Notes under the pieces: generated by a model
What the model saw: only the letters and a program-made list of their open reading frames with translations
The model's database searches: none
What the model was told of the DNA's origin: nothing
Source: Acidobacteriota bacterium
Lineage (GTDB): Bacteria; Acidobacteriota; UBA6911
NCBI GenBank assembly: GCA_963664705.1
Contig: OY761556.1
Span: forward strand, 4,576,001 to 4,640,000
Reading direction: 5' to 3'
Length of the DNA: 64,000 nucleotides
Shown here: positions 1 to 14,430 of the stretch, one piece after another
Position numbering within the stretch: the first letter of the stretch is position 1
Layout: each line of letters starts with the position of its first letter
Program-made: the position numbers and the translations under genes

Positions 1-488
1 TAGATTTGCTCATGATCCTTCCCCGTGAGGCGGAAGAGGGAAAGGATTCCGAAAACGCCGGCAAGAATAAGCGCCACCTGGCCGAGGATATCGGAGCTTC
101 GCATTTCCCAGAACACCTGTTGAAATGAACCGGTCTGCGGAGGAACGCCGCCGGGCAGAATCGAGCGAGCCATCCACTGCATAACAAAAACATCGATGCC
201 GATGAAGATCAGCACAAACAGGGGGATGAAATACATCGGCAGCCGCGTCTCGGTTTTCATATCGGAGTCTTTGGTCAGGCTGACCGTTGCAATGAAAAGA
301 ACGGTAATCAGTCCGGCGCAGACGCTCAGCTCAAATACGCCAGCGATATTGGCATCGAAGTGGAACAGCACTATCGACAGGATTGCAGAACTGGCCGCAA
401 GCGCAACCGCGACATACAGCAGGTCCTTGAATACGCAACAGCCAATCGAGAGAAGGACAAGCAGTCCAAGAAAAACCCAAAGCAGCAT
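1..488 (-). CDS. NuoJ-like membrane subunit of a complex-I/Mrp-related complex (stop codon at the window edge)
   Basis: Not in the ORF track. Read by hand from ATG at 488: MLLWVFLGLLVLLSIGCCVFKDLLYVAVALAASSAILSIVLFHFDANIAGVFELSVCAGLITVLFIATVSLTK...FWEMRSSDILGQVALILAGVFG...DHEQI, then TA at 2-1. Multi-TM NuoJ pattern. An overlapping ATG at 13 (MSKS..) probably starts the next subunit. Confidence 0.75.
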   Translation of the reverse strand, partial: MLLWVFLGLLVLLSIGCCVFKDLLYVAVALAASSAILSIVLFHFDANIAGVFELSVCAGLITVLFIATVSLTKDSDMKTETRLPMYFIPLFVLIFIGIDVFVMQWMARSILPGGVPPQTGSFQQVFWEMRSSDILGQVALILAGVFGILSLFRLTGKDHEQI

Positions 489-489
489 C

Positions 490-1932
490 TTATTTGCCTC
501 CCAGTAAAATCATGGCCGCCGGTTCCACAATGCCGCTGGTCACGGAGTGGAAGAACACTCCGCTCAAAATACAGGCAGCAGCCAGGAGAATGACCGCACA
601 CGACATGGCAAATGGAGCTTCGCTGATATCCTGCCACTTTCCGTTGAGCTTCCCGAAAAACACTTTGCGCTGGATGATGAGGAAATACCCAAGGGTGAAA
701 ATGCTGACCAGGATGGCAAGCACGGCAATGGCGTACTTCCCGGCCGCGAGGGCTCCCATGATAATAAACAGCTTGCTCCAGAATCCGTTAAAAGGCGGCA
801 CGCCGGCGATTGAGAGCGTCCCGAAAACACTGGTGATGCTGGTTACAGGCATCCGGTTTTCCAGCCCTCCCATCTCCTCGATATCGCGGGTATGAAGCCG
901 ATACTGGACGGAACCGCTGTTTAAGAAGAGAAGCGATTTAAAGAGCGCATGATTGAACACGTGGAAAAGCGCGCCGACAAATCCCAAAAGGTTCCCGAGC
1001 CCGAATCCGATCATGATGTAGCCGATCTGGCTGATGCTCGAATAGGCCAATATGCGCTTGAAGTCACGTTGGAAGTAAGCGAGTACCGCTCCTGCAATCA
1101 TGGAAAGGGTTCCCAGGATCAGGAACACGTTCCGGACCTGGCCAATGGGCGGCAAAATATAGAAGAAGATGCGCGCCATGGCATAAACGCCCGCCACCTT
1201 AATCACGACGCCGCTCAGCATGGCAGAAATCGGGGCGGGTGCCGACGGGTGGGCGTCAGGGAGCCAGGCATGGAAGGGCATCAACGCAGCCTTCAAGCCA
1301 AAGCCGGCAATGAAAAGAGCGGCACAAAGCAGGAAGATCGGCGGCAGCTGCCCTGCCTGCGCGGCCAGTAATCCTCTCAGAACATCGAACTCGAGAGTGC
1401 CGGTATTCAGATATATCAGAGCGATTCCCAACAAAATCATCGATGTCGCGACCGCGGACAACAGCAGGTACTTGATCGCCGACTCAATCCCATCGTACCC
1501 GAGCCCGAACGCCACCAGCACGTAGGATGCTATCGACGCAACCTCCAGGAAGACATAAAGGCTGAAAAGATCGCGCGTCAGCAGCATTGCATTCAGTCCA
1601 AGTACCATGATCAGCAGCAGTGCAAAGAACTTGCCCCGGCCGCCAAGGTAGGCGACGTAGGCTGTCGAATAGATCATGCACGCAAACGCGACTGCGTTAA
1701 CGACCACAAGAAACAGAAGACTGACGCTGTCGAGTGCAAACCGGGCTCCAAACATCTCAAATTTCAATCCGGTCCCGATCACGGGAATCAGCCGGAGAGT
1801 AAAGAGAAGCAGCAGCCCTGTGGCCACGGTCGCCAGCGTGTTCGCCGCCCACTTGCCGGCCCGCGATGCCCAAGGCATGAGCAGAACCGCAATTGGCGGT
1901 AACAGCAGGATCCAGCCTAAGTATGATTCCAT
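490..1932 (-). CDS. Proton-conducting antiporter-like subunit (MrpD/NuoN/NuoM family)
   Basis: About 14 TM helices; LEVASIASY, GLKAALMPFHAWLPDAHPSAPAPISAMLSG, KRILAYSSISQIGY, PPFNGFWSK motifs. Start moved to ATG 1932 (GAGG RBS). Confidence 0.9.
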   Translation of the reverse strand: MESYLGWILLLPPIAVLLMPWASRAGKWAANTLATVATGLLLLFTLRLIPVIGTGLKFEMFGARFALDSVSLLFLVVVNAVAFACMIYSTAYVAYLGGRGKFFALLLIMVLGLNAMLLTRDLFSLYVFLEVASIASYVLVAFGLGYDGIESAIKYLLLSAVATSMILLGIALIYLNTGTLEFDVLRGLLAAQAGQLPPIFLLCAALFIAGFGLKAALMPFHAWLPDAHPSAPAPISAMLSGVVIKVAGVYAMARIFFYILPPIGQVRNVFLILGTLSMIAGAVLAYFQRDFKRILAYSSISQIGYIMIGFGLGNLLGFVGALFHVFNHALFKSLLFLNSGSVQYRLHTRDIEEMGGLENRMPVTSITSVFGTLSIAGVPPFNGFWSKLFIIMGALAAGKYAIAVLAILVSIFTLGYFLIIQRKVFFGKLNGKWQDISEAPFAMSCAVILLAAACILSGVFFHSVTSGIVEPAAMILLGGK

Positions 1933-1952
1933 TATCGACCTCAGAATCAGAG

Positions 1953-2033
1953 GAATTGCGAATGACAAACCACGAATGACGAATTGAACCGCACGGAATG
2001 TTTCATTCGCAATTCGTCATTCATAATTCGTAA
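1953..2033. repeat. Inverted array of degenerate heptamers (GAATGAC/GAATTGC vs TCATTCG/CAATTCG) forming an intergenic hairpin
   Basis: gaattgc-gaatgac-aaaccac-gaatgac-gaattga ... tcattcg-caattcg-tcattca-taattcg. GAATTGCGAATGA pairs perfectly with TCATTCGCAATTC. Confidence 0.75.
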
Positions 2034-2045
2034 CCAGTTCAATGA

Positions 2046-3872
2046 TCAACCCAGCAGGGCCGATCCAAACAGGAAGAACAAAACAACAATGAATCCCAAA
2101 ACAGCCCAGCACAGATAATTGCCGTAAATACCGTTATGAGCGCCGCTCAGGGCAGGCCGCAACAGCCAGCGGCCTCCGCCGATGATACCGTCGCCCACCA
2201 CATCGATCAGTCGCTCCACATACCGGAACACCAGGCCGGTGATGAACTCGACTACTTTCACGCCGATCTCATAAGCATCGAATTTTTTTTCATCGGCCAT
2301 ACGAAGCGCAGGGCCAAGCACCGGCGAAATGACCAGAGGGCTGAAGGCCTCCGCCGCCGTCTTCCGACCGCTGCGGGCTGCAGCATACATCATGAATCCG
2401 AGCGTATAAATGGCAAGCGACACCACTGTCAGCCGCGAAAAATGCCAGACGTTCCCAAGCAGGCCCGCCTCGTGCGCTCCGGTCACCGCGCTGAAAAGCC
2501 CATCGGCACGCTGGAAAATAACTCCGCCTGCAAACGCGGCAATACCGAGCAGAAGCGCCGGCACCATGCATACTCCCTTTGCTTCATTTTTATTGCTGAA
2601 ACCGGGAGCCCAGAGCACCGCAATAACCTTCGAGAATACAGCCACATTCAGAATCGCTCCGAGGGCAAGCAGCACCAGCACAATGACATGGCCACCTTCC
2701 AGCGCCCCCTCAAATATCAATTCTTTGGCCATAAACCCGCCGGTAGGCGGCAGTGAAATGGCAGCCACAAATGCGAGGAAAAAGGCCGCGGCCGACATCG
2801 GCATACTGCGCGCGATTCCGAGCAGCCGCTCCAGCGTAGTGCTTCCCGCCTTTTCCTCAAAATTCCCAAGCGCGAAAAACATCGCGGACTTATAAGTCGC
2901 ATGAGTCAGCATATACAGCAGCGCGCCGGCAAAACCTGCGGCTTCCGAAACGGCCATGCCGCATACCATGAATCCGACCGGGGAGATCGCTGTCAAAGCC
3001 AGGACCTTCCTCAAATCCTTTTCCACGAGTGCCGGGACGATGGCAACAAAGACGGTTGCAAGCCCGAAAACAAACATGCAGCTCCGCGCCGCAGGACTCA
3101 GGACGAACATCTGATTCGTCAGCACGAACAGGAAGTAGATGCCCAGAACTTTTTCGAGCGACGCCGGCATTGCCGCAAAGCCCGATGCAGGCATTACCTG
3201 AGCAGCATCCGGAATCCAGGTATGAAACGGAAACATTCCGGCCTTGGCGCCCGCGCCCAGGAAAATCAGCAGGAACGACCAGAAAGCCATCGGATTGGAC
3301 GCGATCTCTATCCGCGCAGTCATGGAATGATCCGGTGCCAGCGCAAAGAAGAACATCAACCCGAGGATCATCAGGAAGTCGCTTGCGCCGCCGATTATCA
3401 GGGCTTTGCGCGCCACCGGCTCAGCCTTATCGCCGCTGCTGTGAATCATCATATACAGCGCCACCAGGAAGAGTTCCCATCCGACAAGAAGGATCAGCAG
3501 GCTGTCGGTAAGAAGAACCGCGCAGGATGAAGCGAAGGCAATCAGCAGTGCAAACAGGTACAGGTAGGGCCGTGCCGGAAGGGCGGCGCCCAAGGAATAA
3601 ACCGCCGTCATCAACTGGAAGAAGAACACAAATCCGAGCAGGAAGGTTTTCCAGCTGTTCAGGCTGAAACTCAGGGTAAATATCTCAACCCAGGAATACT
3701 CGACCTTGGGCGCTGAACCCGAAGCCGCCCAGAAAGCCAACCCGGACACAATCACGGAGAGGAGAACCAGCCCAGCTCCGATTTTGGTGTTCCTGCGGAA
3801 GAGAGGCAGGACGAACACTGCGAGCAGCAAGGGCAAAATGACGGGCACAAATAAAAGCATCGACGCGTTCAT
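2046..3872 (-). CDS. Antiporter-like subunit (NuoL/MrpA/HyfB family) with C-terminal extension
   Basis: GWELF, GAKAGMFPFHTWIPDA, HATYKSAMFF, LPPTGGFMAKE motifs; 608 aa, with a C-terminal lateral-helix/TM region. Confidence 0.88.
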   Translation of the reverse strand: MNASMLLFVPVILPLLLAVFVLPLFRRNTKIGAGLVLLSVIVSGLAFWAASGSAPKVEYSWVEIFTLSFSLNSWKTFLLGFVFFFQLMTAVYSLGAALPARPYLYLFALLIAFASSCAVLLTDSLLILLVGWELFLVALYMMIHSSGDKAEPVARKALIIGGASDFLMILGLMFFFALAPDHSMTARIEIASNPMAFWSFLLIFLGAGAKAGMFPFHTWIPDAAQVMPASGFAAMPASLEKVLGIYFLFVLTNQMFVLSPAARSCMFVFGLATVFVAIVPALVEKDLRKVLALTAISPVGFMVCGMAVSEAAGFAGALLYMLTHATYKSAMFFALGNFEEKAGSTTLERLLGIARSMPMSAAAFFLAFVAAISLPPTGGFMAKELIFEGALEGGHVIVLVLLALGAILNVAVFSKVIAVLWAPGFSNKNEAKGVCMVPALLLGIAAFAGGVIFQRADGLFSAVTGAHEAGLLGNVWHFSRLTVVSLAIYTLGFMMYAAARSGRKTAAEAFSPLVISPVLGPALRMADEKKFDAYEIGVKVVEFITGLVFRYVERLIDVVGDGIIGGGRWLLRPALSGAHNGIYGNYLCWAVLGFIVVLFFLFGSALLG

Positions 3873-3875
3873 AAC

Positions 3876-5327
3876 CTATCTCCACAGAAGGCTGACGACG
3901 TTGGCCAGGCGCTGTCCATCGGCAACTTTGACCAGGCTGTATGGAAACTGCAGCAGAAAGCCGCTGACAACAGTCAAGACGGCAAGCACGGCAACAACAC
4001 CCACCATGATGGGGCTGCCTTCGTGATGAGCTTCGCCGCGGGACTGGCCAAGGAAAACGACGTGAAAGCTCTTGAGCATATAAAGGAGTGTGACGACGGC
4101 GGTCAGGATAGCGAGCGTAGCAATGACAAAATGGCCGCCTTCCACAAGGCCGTTAATCACAAAATATTTGCTGAAGAAACCCACCATAGGAGGAATGCCG
4201 GCAATGCTCAGGGCACAGATCAAATAGGAGACTGCCGTGATCGGCATCTTCTTGAACAGGCCTCCCATCTTGGTCATATCTTTGGTGTGCGTCCCGTGCT
4301 CGATAATACCGGCGCAAAGGAAAAGCCCACCCTTGGCAAATCCGTGGGCCATGATATAGAGCAACGCCCCGATATATCCATAATGTGTAAAGACGATCAG
4401 CCCCAGAAATGTGTACCCGATCTGGCTCACGGTCGAATAGGCGAGCAGGCGCTTGATATTGGTCTCGTGCAGAGCGGCGCTGGCTGAAACAAAGGCGCTC
4501 ATGAGCGCAAAGCCGAGCAGCCAGGTTTGCGCCTTCGGCTGAATGACCATGCCGTTGCAGAACAGGCGTGCAAACGCATACAGACCGATTTTCACCAGGA
4601 TGGCGGCGTGGAGCAGTGAGGTGATGGTGGAAGGGGCAACCCCGGCATCCGGCAGCCATGTGTGCAACGGAACCGTGGCGCTTTTGCTGAAAACACCCGC
4701 CATAATAAGGATAAGAGCGACGCCGCTGATTTCCTTTCCGCGCAGTTCGCTGATGTCCAGAGTTCCGTACTGGGTGAAGATCAAAGCAAAGCCGAGCAGC
4801 ATAAGGACCGCGCCGCCAAAGGTAATGAGAAAGGCTTTGTCTGCTTTCCAGATGTATTCCGGATCGCGAAAGTAGCCGATCAGGCGCCAGCAGGCGAGCG
4901 CGGAGATTTCCCAGAACATATACAGAAAAATGAGATTCCTTGAAAAGACCAATCCCATCATCGCACCGACAAACAGCGTCACGATGAAGTAGTATTCCGG
5001 TTCGTGGTCGCCATGCTCGATGTACCCGAGAGAGTAGACGGCGATCAGAGTGGCAAGCAGGGAAGCGGTGAAAGCCATGAATACCGCAAGCGCGTCAATA
5101 TTGAGCGAAAACGCGATCTTGCCGTAAAGAGGAAAAGACAATGAGCTGACCCGGCCGCCAACAGCCGGCCCCAGCAATGGCCACGTAAGAAGATGAGTGG
5201 AGCCTATAAGTAGAACCGCGAGCCAACCGGTTGCCTTGCGCTGCCCGGCCCAGCCTGTGAGCGGGATAAGCAACGAGCCGAGCAAAGGAACCAGGATGAC
5301 CGCCAAAGTCTGCGACTCAATTCCCAT
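3876..5327 (-). CDS. Antiporter-like subunit (NuoL/MrpA/MrpD family)
   Basis: FWEISAL, KSATVPLHTWLPDAGVAPSTITSLLHAA, KRLLAYSTVSQIGY, HGFAKGGLFL. ATG 5327 preceded by GGAG. Confidence 0.9.
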   Translation of the reverse strand: MGIESQTLAVILVPLLGSLLIPLTGWAGQRKATGWLAVLLIGSTHLLTWPLLGPAVGGRVSSLSFPLYGKIAFSLNIDALAVFMAFTASLLATLIAVYSLGYIEHGDHEPEYYFIVTLFVGAMMGLVFSRNLIFLYMFWEISALACWRLIGYFRDPEYIWKADKAFLITFGGAVLMLLGFALIFTQYGTLDISELRGKEISGVALILIMAGVFSKSATVPLHTWLPDAGVAPSTITSLLHAAILVKIGLYAFARLFCNGMVIQPKAQTWLLGFALMSAFVSASAALHETNIKRLLAYSTVSQIGYTFLGLIVFTHYGYIGALLYIMAHGFAKGGLFLCAGIIEHGTHTKDMTKMGGLFKKMPITAVSYLICALSIAGIPPMVGFFSKYFVINGLVEGGHFVIATLAILTAVVTLLYMLKSFHVVFLGQSRGEAHHEGSPIMVGVVAVLAVLTVVSGFLLQFPYSLVKVADGQRLANVVSLLWR

Positions 5328-5585
5328 TCTTTTCACTCCAAAGGCCAATTTGGCCAAAATGATTACGTTGGAAACGCCCGATTATAGGGGAAATCGAACA
5401 TGCATTCCATCAGAATCTTATAAAACCTAATCGGACACAGACATGTGATTAGTTTTATTAACTGAGGCGGCCACGGGGATCCGCGGTGCAATGCGGGCGG
5501 TTAGCCGAGCACACTTCAGCCGGATTCTTCCGGGAAACAACGACGTCTTTGGTTATTTGGGTCTTTGAGGTATAGGAACTTGCAT

Positions 5586-5631
5586 AAAACAAAAACGCCA
5601 CGAACCGCACCTTTTAATGCGATTCGTGGCG
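5586..5631 (-). terminator. Intrinsic terminator of the rRNA operon, directly after 16S
   Basis: Minus strand CGCCACGAATCGCA-ttaaaagg-TGCGGTTCGTGGCG followed by TTTTTGTTTT. Confidence 0.85.
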
Positions 5632-5691
5632 ATGATCAAGAGATCTTTGACAACTAGACAGGCGTGCTGAAAATCTTCCAGTGGATTACTT

Positions 5692-7236
<1,545 letters not shown>

Positions 7237-7392
7237 TCTTTAAGAGAGTCTTGAACTTAGTTCAAGATCTACTGGTTTTGTTTTGGTAACCAAGATTCGA
7301 AATAAATTCCGAACCCAAGTTATATGTGTAATCTCAAAGGTTTAATGAGATTTCCGCACACACTATCTAGTTGTCAAAGATCTCTAGTCTGG

Positions 7393-7522
7393 CTTCAAGT
7401 TCCAGGTTATAGGCTCCAGGTTTGTGAAGCCCATAACTTGAAACTTGTTTGGTAGCCAGTATCCAGTAGTCGGTAGTCAATTTAGATTTTACTCTGACTA
7501 CTGGCTACTGAATACTGACTAC
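7393..7522. repeat. Two heptamer-repeat hairpins in the 5S-16S spacer
   Basis: ttcaagt-tccaggt-tataggc-tccaggt...acttgaa-acttg, and gtagcca-gtatcca-gtagtcg-gtagtca / tgactac-tggctac-tgaatac-tgactac. Confidence 0.75.
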
Positions 7523-7532
7523 TTATAATTTA

Positions 7533-7650
<118 letters not shown>

Positions 7651-7737
7651 ACTCTGGTCTGCAGCCTTCGCTGCTTCCCTTTTTTCCGTTCTATCGTCAG
7701 ATAACGACAGGCTTGAGATTTTCAAGCAGGGCAAATC

Positions 7738-10757
<3,020 letters not shown>

Positions 10758-10843
10758 CACTCAAAATCTCTTCCAAGACCTCAAGTTCAGAGCACTATCA
10801 TGGCCCCTTGTTCCTTGATTCTTTTTTACCCGTCGTTATCTGA

Positions 10844-10855
10844 TTGTCAAAGATC
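10844..10855 (-). promoter_or_regulatory. boxA-like element in the 23S leader (identical copy at 7371-7382 before 16S)
   Basis: Minus-strand GATCTTTGACAA resembles rrn boxA (GCTCTTTAACAA) and occurs upstream of both 23S and 16S. Confidence 0.7.
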
Positions 10856-11098
10856 AATCCGGCTTATGCCGGAGACCAAAAACTCACCTATGAGTCCTTG
10901 GCTTCAGGCACCCCGCCTCCACTACATTTCGACGGGCTCGCCAGCCGAGATAAGAGTATTAATGTTTAATTCTCTTCCCGGCTATTTTCTTGATTGCTAG
11001 TTCAAAGATGAACGGCCTGCCTAAAATCCCAGGAGACCGTTTTGCTGAAGGTTGCTGATCCCGGCTTCAACTGAAGGCCATTTGCAGCAGGAACTTTT

Positions 11099-11127
11099 AG
11101 AATAGCAACCGGTGTTTATTTTGACAA
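11099..11127 (-). promoter_or_regulatory. rrn P2-like sigma70 promoter
   Basis: TTGTCA-N17-TATTCT with extended -10 TG and an A-rich upstream tract. Confidence 0.75.
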
Positions 11128-11205
11128 GCACTTTTTTACCAAATTGCTATTTATTTTGTTCTCCCGTCGCCGTCCTCACTGGGAAGCCGCTCAACAGGAG
11201 TGCAG

Positions 11206-11234
11206 AAGATAGCAACCCATCATTGCTTTGGCAA
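11206..11234 (-). promoter_or_regulatory. rrn P1-like sigma70 promoter
   Basis: TTGCCA-N17-TATCTT with extended -10 TG and an A-rich UP element. Lies 107 bp upstream of P2 and shares GGTTGCTAT with it. Confidence 0.75.
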
Positions 11235-11389
11235 GCATCTTTTTCATTTTTTTATTCTTTTCTAACGAAATGCCCCCGGGCAGCCCCGAACAGGAGAAAC
11301 TTGAAACAAATAGTTTGAGCCTTCGAGTCTTGGATGTTCCTGTTGTACAATGCCGCGTTCACATGACTCAATGAATGGGAGGATTTCCG

Positions 11390-11959
11390 ATGGAGGATAG
11401 CGATCCGCTTATCATCAAGGGCATCCGCATCAGCCCTGAAGTGCTGAAAAAAGATTCTATTCAGCCATGCGCAGACTCGCGCTGCGGCGCCAGGTGCTGC
11501 TCAGGAGGTGTGTGGTGCAGAGACGACGAACCGCCGCGCATTCTGGAATGGAAGGATGCCATCAAGGCCCGGATTCCTGCCGAACGGCACGATGAATCCA
11601 TATGGTTTGAACAGGGTGACGGCGAACTGGGCACCAACAGCGTTGACGATCCAGACCGCCCGGGACAAACGTGCTGCGTTTTCCTGCAATCGGACAAGAA
11701 ATGCGCCCTGCAGGTTGTTTCCAACGCAAACAATCTCGGCTGGCCCGGAATAAAGCCGTTTTACTGTTGCGTCTATCCCCTGCTGATCGAGGATGACGTA
11801 TTGATGATCGACGATGAAACGCCGCTCCTCTACGAAGGCGGCCTATGCCGGCAGCCGTGCAGCAACGGACAGGCTCCCTACGAGTTATTTCGCGCCGAGG
11901 CGATCCTGCTTCTCGGTGAAGACGGCTATCGGGAATTGCTGGAAAAAGTTAAAAAGTAA
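11390..11959 (+). CDS. DUF3109 / YkgJ-like Cys-rich putative Fe-S or Zn protein
   Basis: CxxxxCxxxCC...CCVFL...CALQ...IKPFYCCVYP pattern; GGAGG RBS before ATG 11390. Confidence 0.75.
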   Translation: MEDSDPLIIKGIRISPEVLKKDSIQPCADSRCGARCCSGGVWCRDDEPPRILEWKDAIKARIPAERHDESIWFEQGDGELGTNSVDDPDRPGQTCCVFLQSDKKCALQVVSNANNLGWPGIKPFYCCVYPLLIEDDVLMIDDETPLLYEGGLCRQPCSNGQAPYELFRAEAILLLGEDGYRELLEKVKK

Positions 11960-11977
11960 CCGATCCTTTGAGCCGCA

Positions 11978-12016
11978 GAAAGAGCAGAGCCGGGAATTTT
12001 CCGGCTCTGCTCTTTT
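11978..12016 (+). terminator. Intrinsic (possibly bidirectional) terminator
   Basis: AAAGAGCAGAGCCGG-gaatttt-CCGGCTCTGCTCTTTT. Confidence 0.7.
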
Positions 12017-12035
12017 AGGGTATCAAGAGAACCAG

Positions 12036-12908
12036 ATGACAGCAGCACGCATCCTCATTACCGGGATTACGTCCATCCACGGTTGGCCCATCTACCGAAA
12101 ATTCCAGACCGTCATCCCGTCCGACCGGCTATTCGGAATACGCCCCCCCAATATGACGATACCGGACGACCGAAATACATCCTCTCTTTGTGTGACCGAC
12201 GCTGCGGAGCTTGCCCGGATCCGCGATGACTTTCAGCCTACACACGTGCTGCATGCGGCCGGCGTCTGCGATCTCGATGCGTGCGAGGCCAAGCCGCAAT
12301 TCGCCCACAACATCAATGTAAACGGCGCAAGAACCATTGCGTCGGTGTTCTCGGAATCAAGTTACATCATGTATTTGAGCGCCGACCTCGTATTCTCTGG
12401 CAATAACGCCTCGCTGCAGGGATATTCCGAAAACGACAGCCCGGACCCGGTCAGCGTGGTCGGAAAAACCTATATGCTGGCCGAAAAGGAAATTGCAAAT
12501 GCAGCACGCCATGCCATCGTCCGGATCGGCCTTCCCATGGGAGATTCCATTCAGGGAAAAAAAGGCGCAATCGACTTCATTGAAGGAAGACTCAAACGAG
12601 GACTTCCCATGTCTCTTTTTCACGATGAATACAGAAGCTGCATCGGATGCCTCGATCTTGCCGAGGCGATAGTTTCTTTGTTTTTCATGGAAGTCGAGGG
12701 GCTGTTCCACGTTGGCGGCCCGCATCCCGTGAGCCTGTACGAGATCGGCGAACGAATCCTGAGACGTGGCAACTACAGGAAGGAAGCCCTTCGGAAGCTG
12801 TCCCGCAGAGAGGAGCTCAACGGCCCGCCTCGCATCGGCAATGTCCATCTGAATTCACGCAAAGCCGAAAACCTTCTGGGCCGACAATTCAAGCCCTGGA
12901 CCTGCTGA
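12036..12908 (+). CDS. RfbD (dTDP-4-dehydrorhamnose reductase)-like extended SDR, atypical
   Basis: ILITG, VLHAAG..DLDACE..P..A..INVNGA, YLSADLVFSG, YSENDSPDP, GLFHVGG motifs. Start reassigned to MTAARIL. Confidence 0.75.
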   Translation: MTAARILITGITSIHGWPIYRKFQTVIPSDRLFGIRPPNMTIPDDRNTSSLCVTDAAELARIRDDFQPTHVLHAAGVCDLDACEAKPQFAHNINVNGARTIASVFSESSYIMYLSADLVFSGNNASLQGYSENDSPDPVSVVGKTYMLAEKEIANAARHAIVRIGLPMGDSIQGKKGAIDFIEGRLKRGLPMSLFHDEYRSCIGCLDLAEAIVSLFFMEVEGLFHVGGPHPVSLYEIGERILRRGNYRKEALRKLSRREELNGPPRIGNVHLNSRKAENLLGRQFKPWTC

Positions 12909-13089
12909 CGGCAAATCGCCCGGGCAAAAGCAATGTCCCGAATTTTGCGGATTATCGCGAACGCTTTTTGATGGTCCGTGAAATTAGTGGCATTTTGCAA
13001 GGGGGCTTCGAATCTTTGCGTCTCAGAGGTCCGCGCGGTAAACTCAAATTTTTACGGTCCGCATCTGAATTGAGGAGGAACAGATCCGC

Positions 13090-14430
13090 ATGAAAGTCAT
13101 TCTCTTTCTGGTCCTGATAATCGGGCTGGCGGCGGTCTCTACCGCACTGCCTTCAAAAGGAAAGATCTTTCCTTTTGACTACAAACTGGTAACCCTGCCG
13201 AACGGCTTTAAAGCCTATCTGATTAAAACAGGTTCAGCGGGACAGATCGCTTATGTCACGGTTGTGCGCGCCGGCTCGCGCGAGGAATGGGAACCGGGCA
13301 AGTCCGGATATGCTCATTTCTTCGAGCACATCATGTTCAAAGGAACCGAGAAATATCCCGACTATGACGCGATCACAACCCGCATTGGCGCCGCACGGAA
13401 TGCGTCCACTGGAAACGATGTAACGCAATACTACCTTGTTGCCGCCAGCAATTCACTCGAGCAGATCATAGACGTCGAATCGGACCGGTTCATGAATCTC
13501 CGCTATACGGAGCCGGTGTTCCGCACGGAGGCGGGCGCCATCCTGGGCGAGTTCAGCCAGGGACGGGCAAATCCAAGGCTTTATCTGTATGAAAAGCTGA
13601 TGGACACCGCCTTTGATGTTCACACCTATAAGCATTTGACGATCGGTTTCGAAAAGGACGTCCGGTCAATGCCCGAGGGATATTCATACAGCATCAGTTT
13701 CCACAATCGCTATTACCGGCCTGAGAACTGCGTGCTCCTTCTCGCAGGCGATTTCGATGTGAACCGGGCGGAACAGTTGATCCGGAAATACTACTCCCCC
13801 TGGAAACCGGGCTATGTAAAACCCGAAATCAAGCCTGAACCGCCGCAAACCGCGCCTCGGGAAGCAACGGTGGAATTCCCGGGACGCACCCTTCCGACCG
13901 TGGCGGTCGCCTATAAGGGACCCGCATGGAGTGCAACCGACCGGCTCGCAGTCGCTTCGGAAATCCTCGGACTGGTCGCTTTCGGACCGAATTCGGAAAT
14001 TCACCGGCGCCTGGTTATCCAGGATCAGAAAGCGCAATCTCTCTCGGGCAGTTTCGGCCTGAGCCGGGACCCTGAACTGCTCATGATTAGCGCCACGATC
14101 AACAACGCGGCAGACTTGCCGGCCATCAGGGAGCAAATCAGCAAAACGGTCGAGACCTTCCGCACAACACTCTGCGATGCCAAGCTTCTTGCCGATTCTA
14201 AAAGCGCCATGAAATACAGCTTCCTGATGCAACTGGAAACACCACAGGGAATTGACTTCGCACTCAGGGATTTCGCCGTCTACACCGGCGGAATCGAATC
14301 GGTTGAAGACTATTTCCATACGCTCGAATCAATCACCGCCGAAGATGTCAAGGCTGCAGCCAACAAATTCCTCGTCGAAACCGGCCGGACGACAGTAACA
14401 CTGCTTCCCGCAAAAGGAGGTGCCCAATGA
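13090..14430 (+). CDS. M16 family zinc peptidase, catalytic subunit, with signal peptide
   Basis: AHFFEHIMFKGT (inverted HxxEH), NASTGND, E-x-D-R-F motif. Confidence 0.93.
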   Translation: MKVILFLVLIIGLAAVSTALPSKGKIFPFDYKLVTLPNGFKAYLIKTGSAGQIAYVTVVRAGSREEWEPGKSGYAHFFEHIMFKGTEKYPDYDAITTRIGAARNASTGNDVTQYYLVAASNSLEQIIDVESDRFMNLRYTEPVFRTEAGAILGEFSQGRANPRLYLYEKLMDTAFDVHTYKHLTIGFEKDVRSMPEGYSYSISFHNRYYRPENCVLLLAGDFDVNRAEQLIRKYYSPWKPGYVKPEIKPEPPQTAPREATVEFPGRTLPTVAVAYKGPAWSATDRLAVASEILGLVAFGPNSEIHRRLVIQDQKAQSLSGSFGLSRDPELLMISATINNAADLPAIREQISKTVETFRTTLCDAKLLADSKSAMKYSFLMQLETPQGIDFALRDFAVYTGGIESVEDYFHTLESITAEDVKAAANKFLVETGRTTVTLLPAKGGAQ

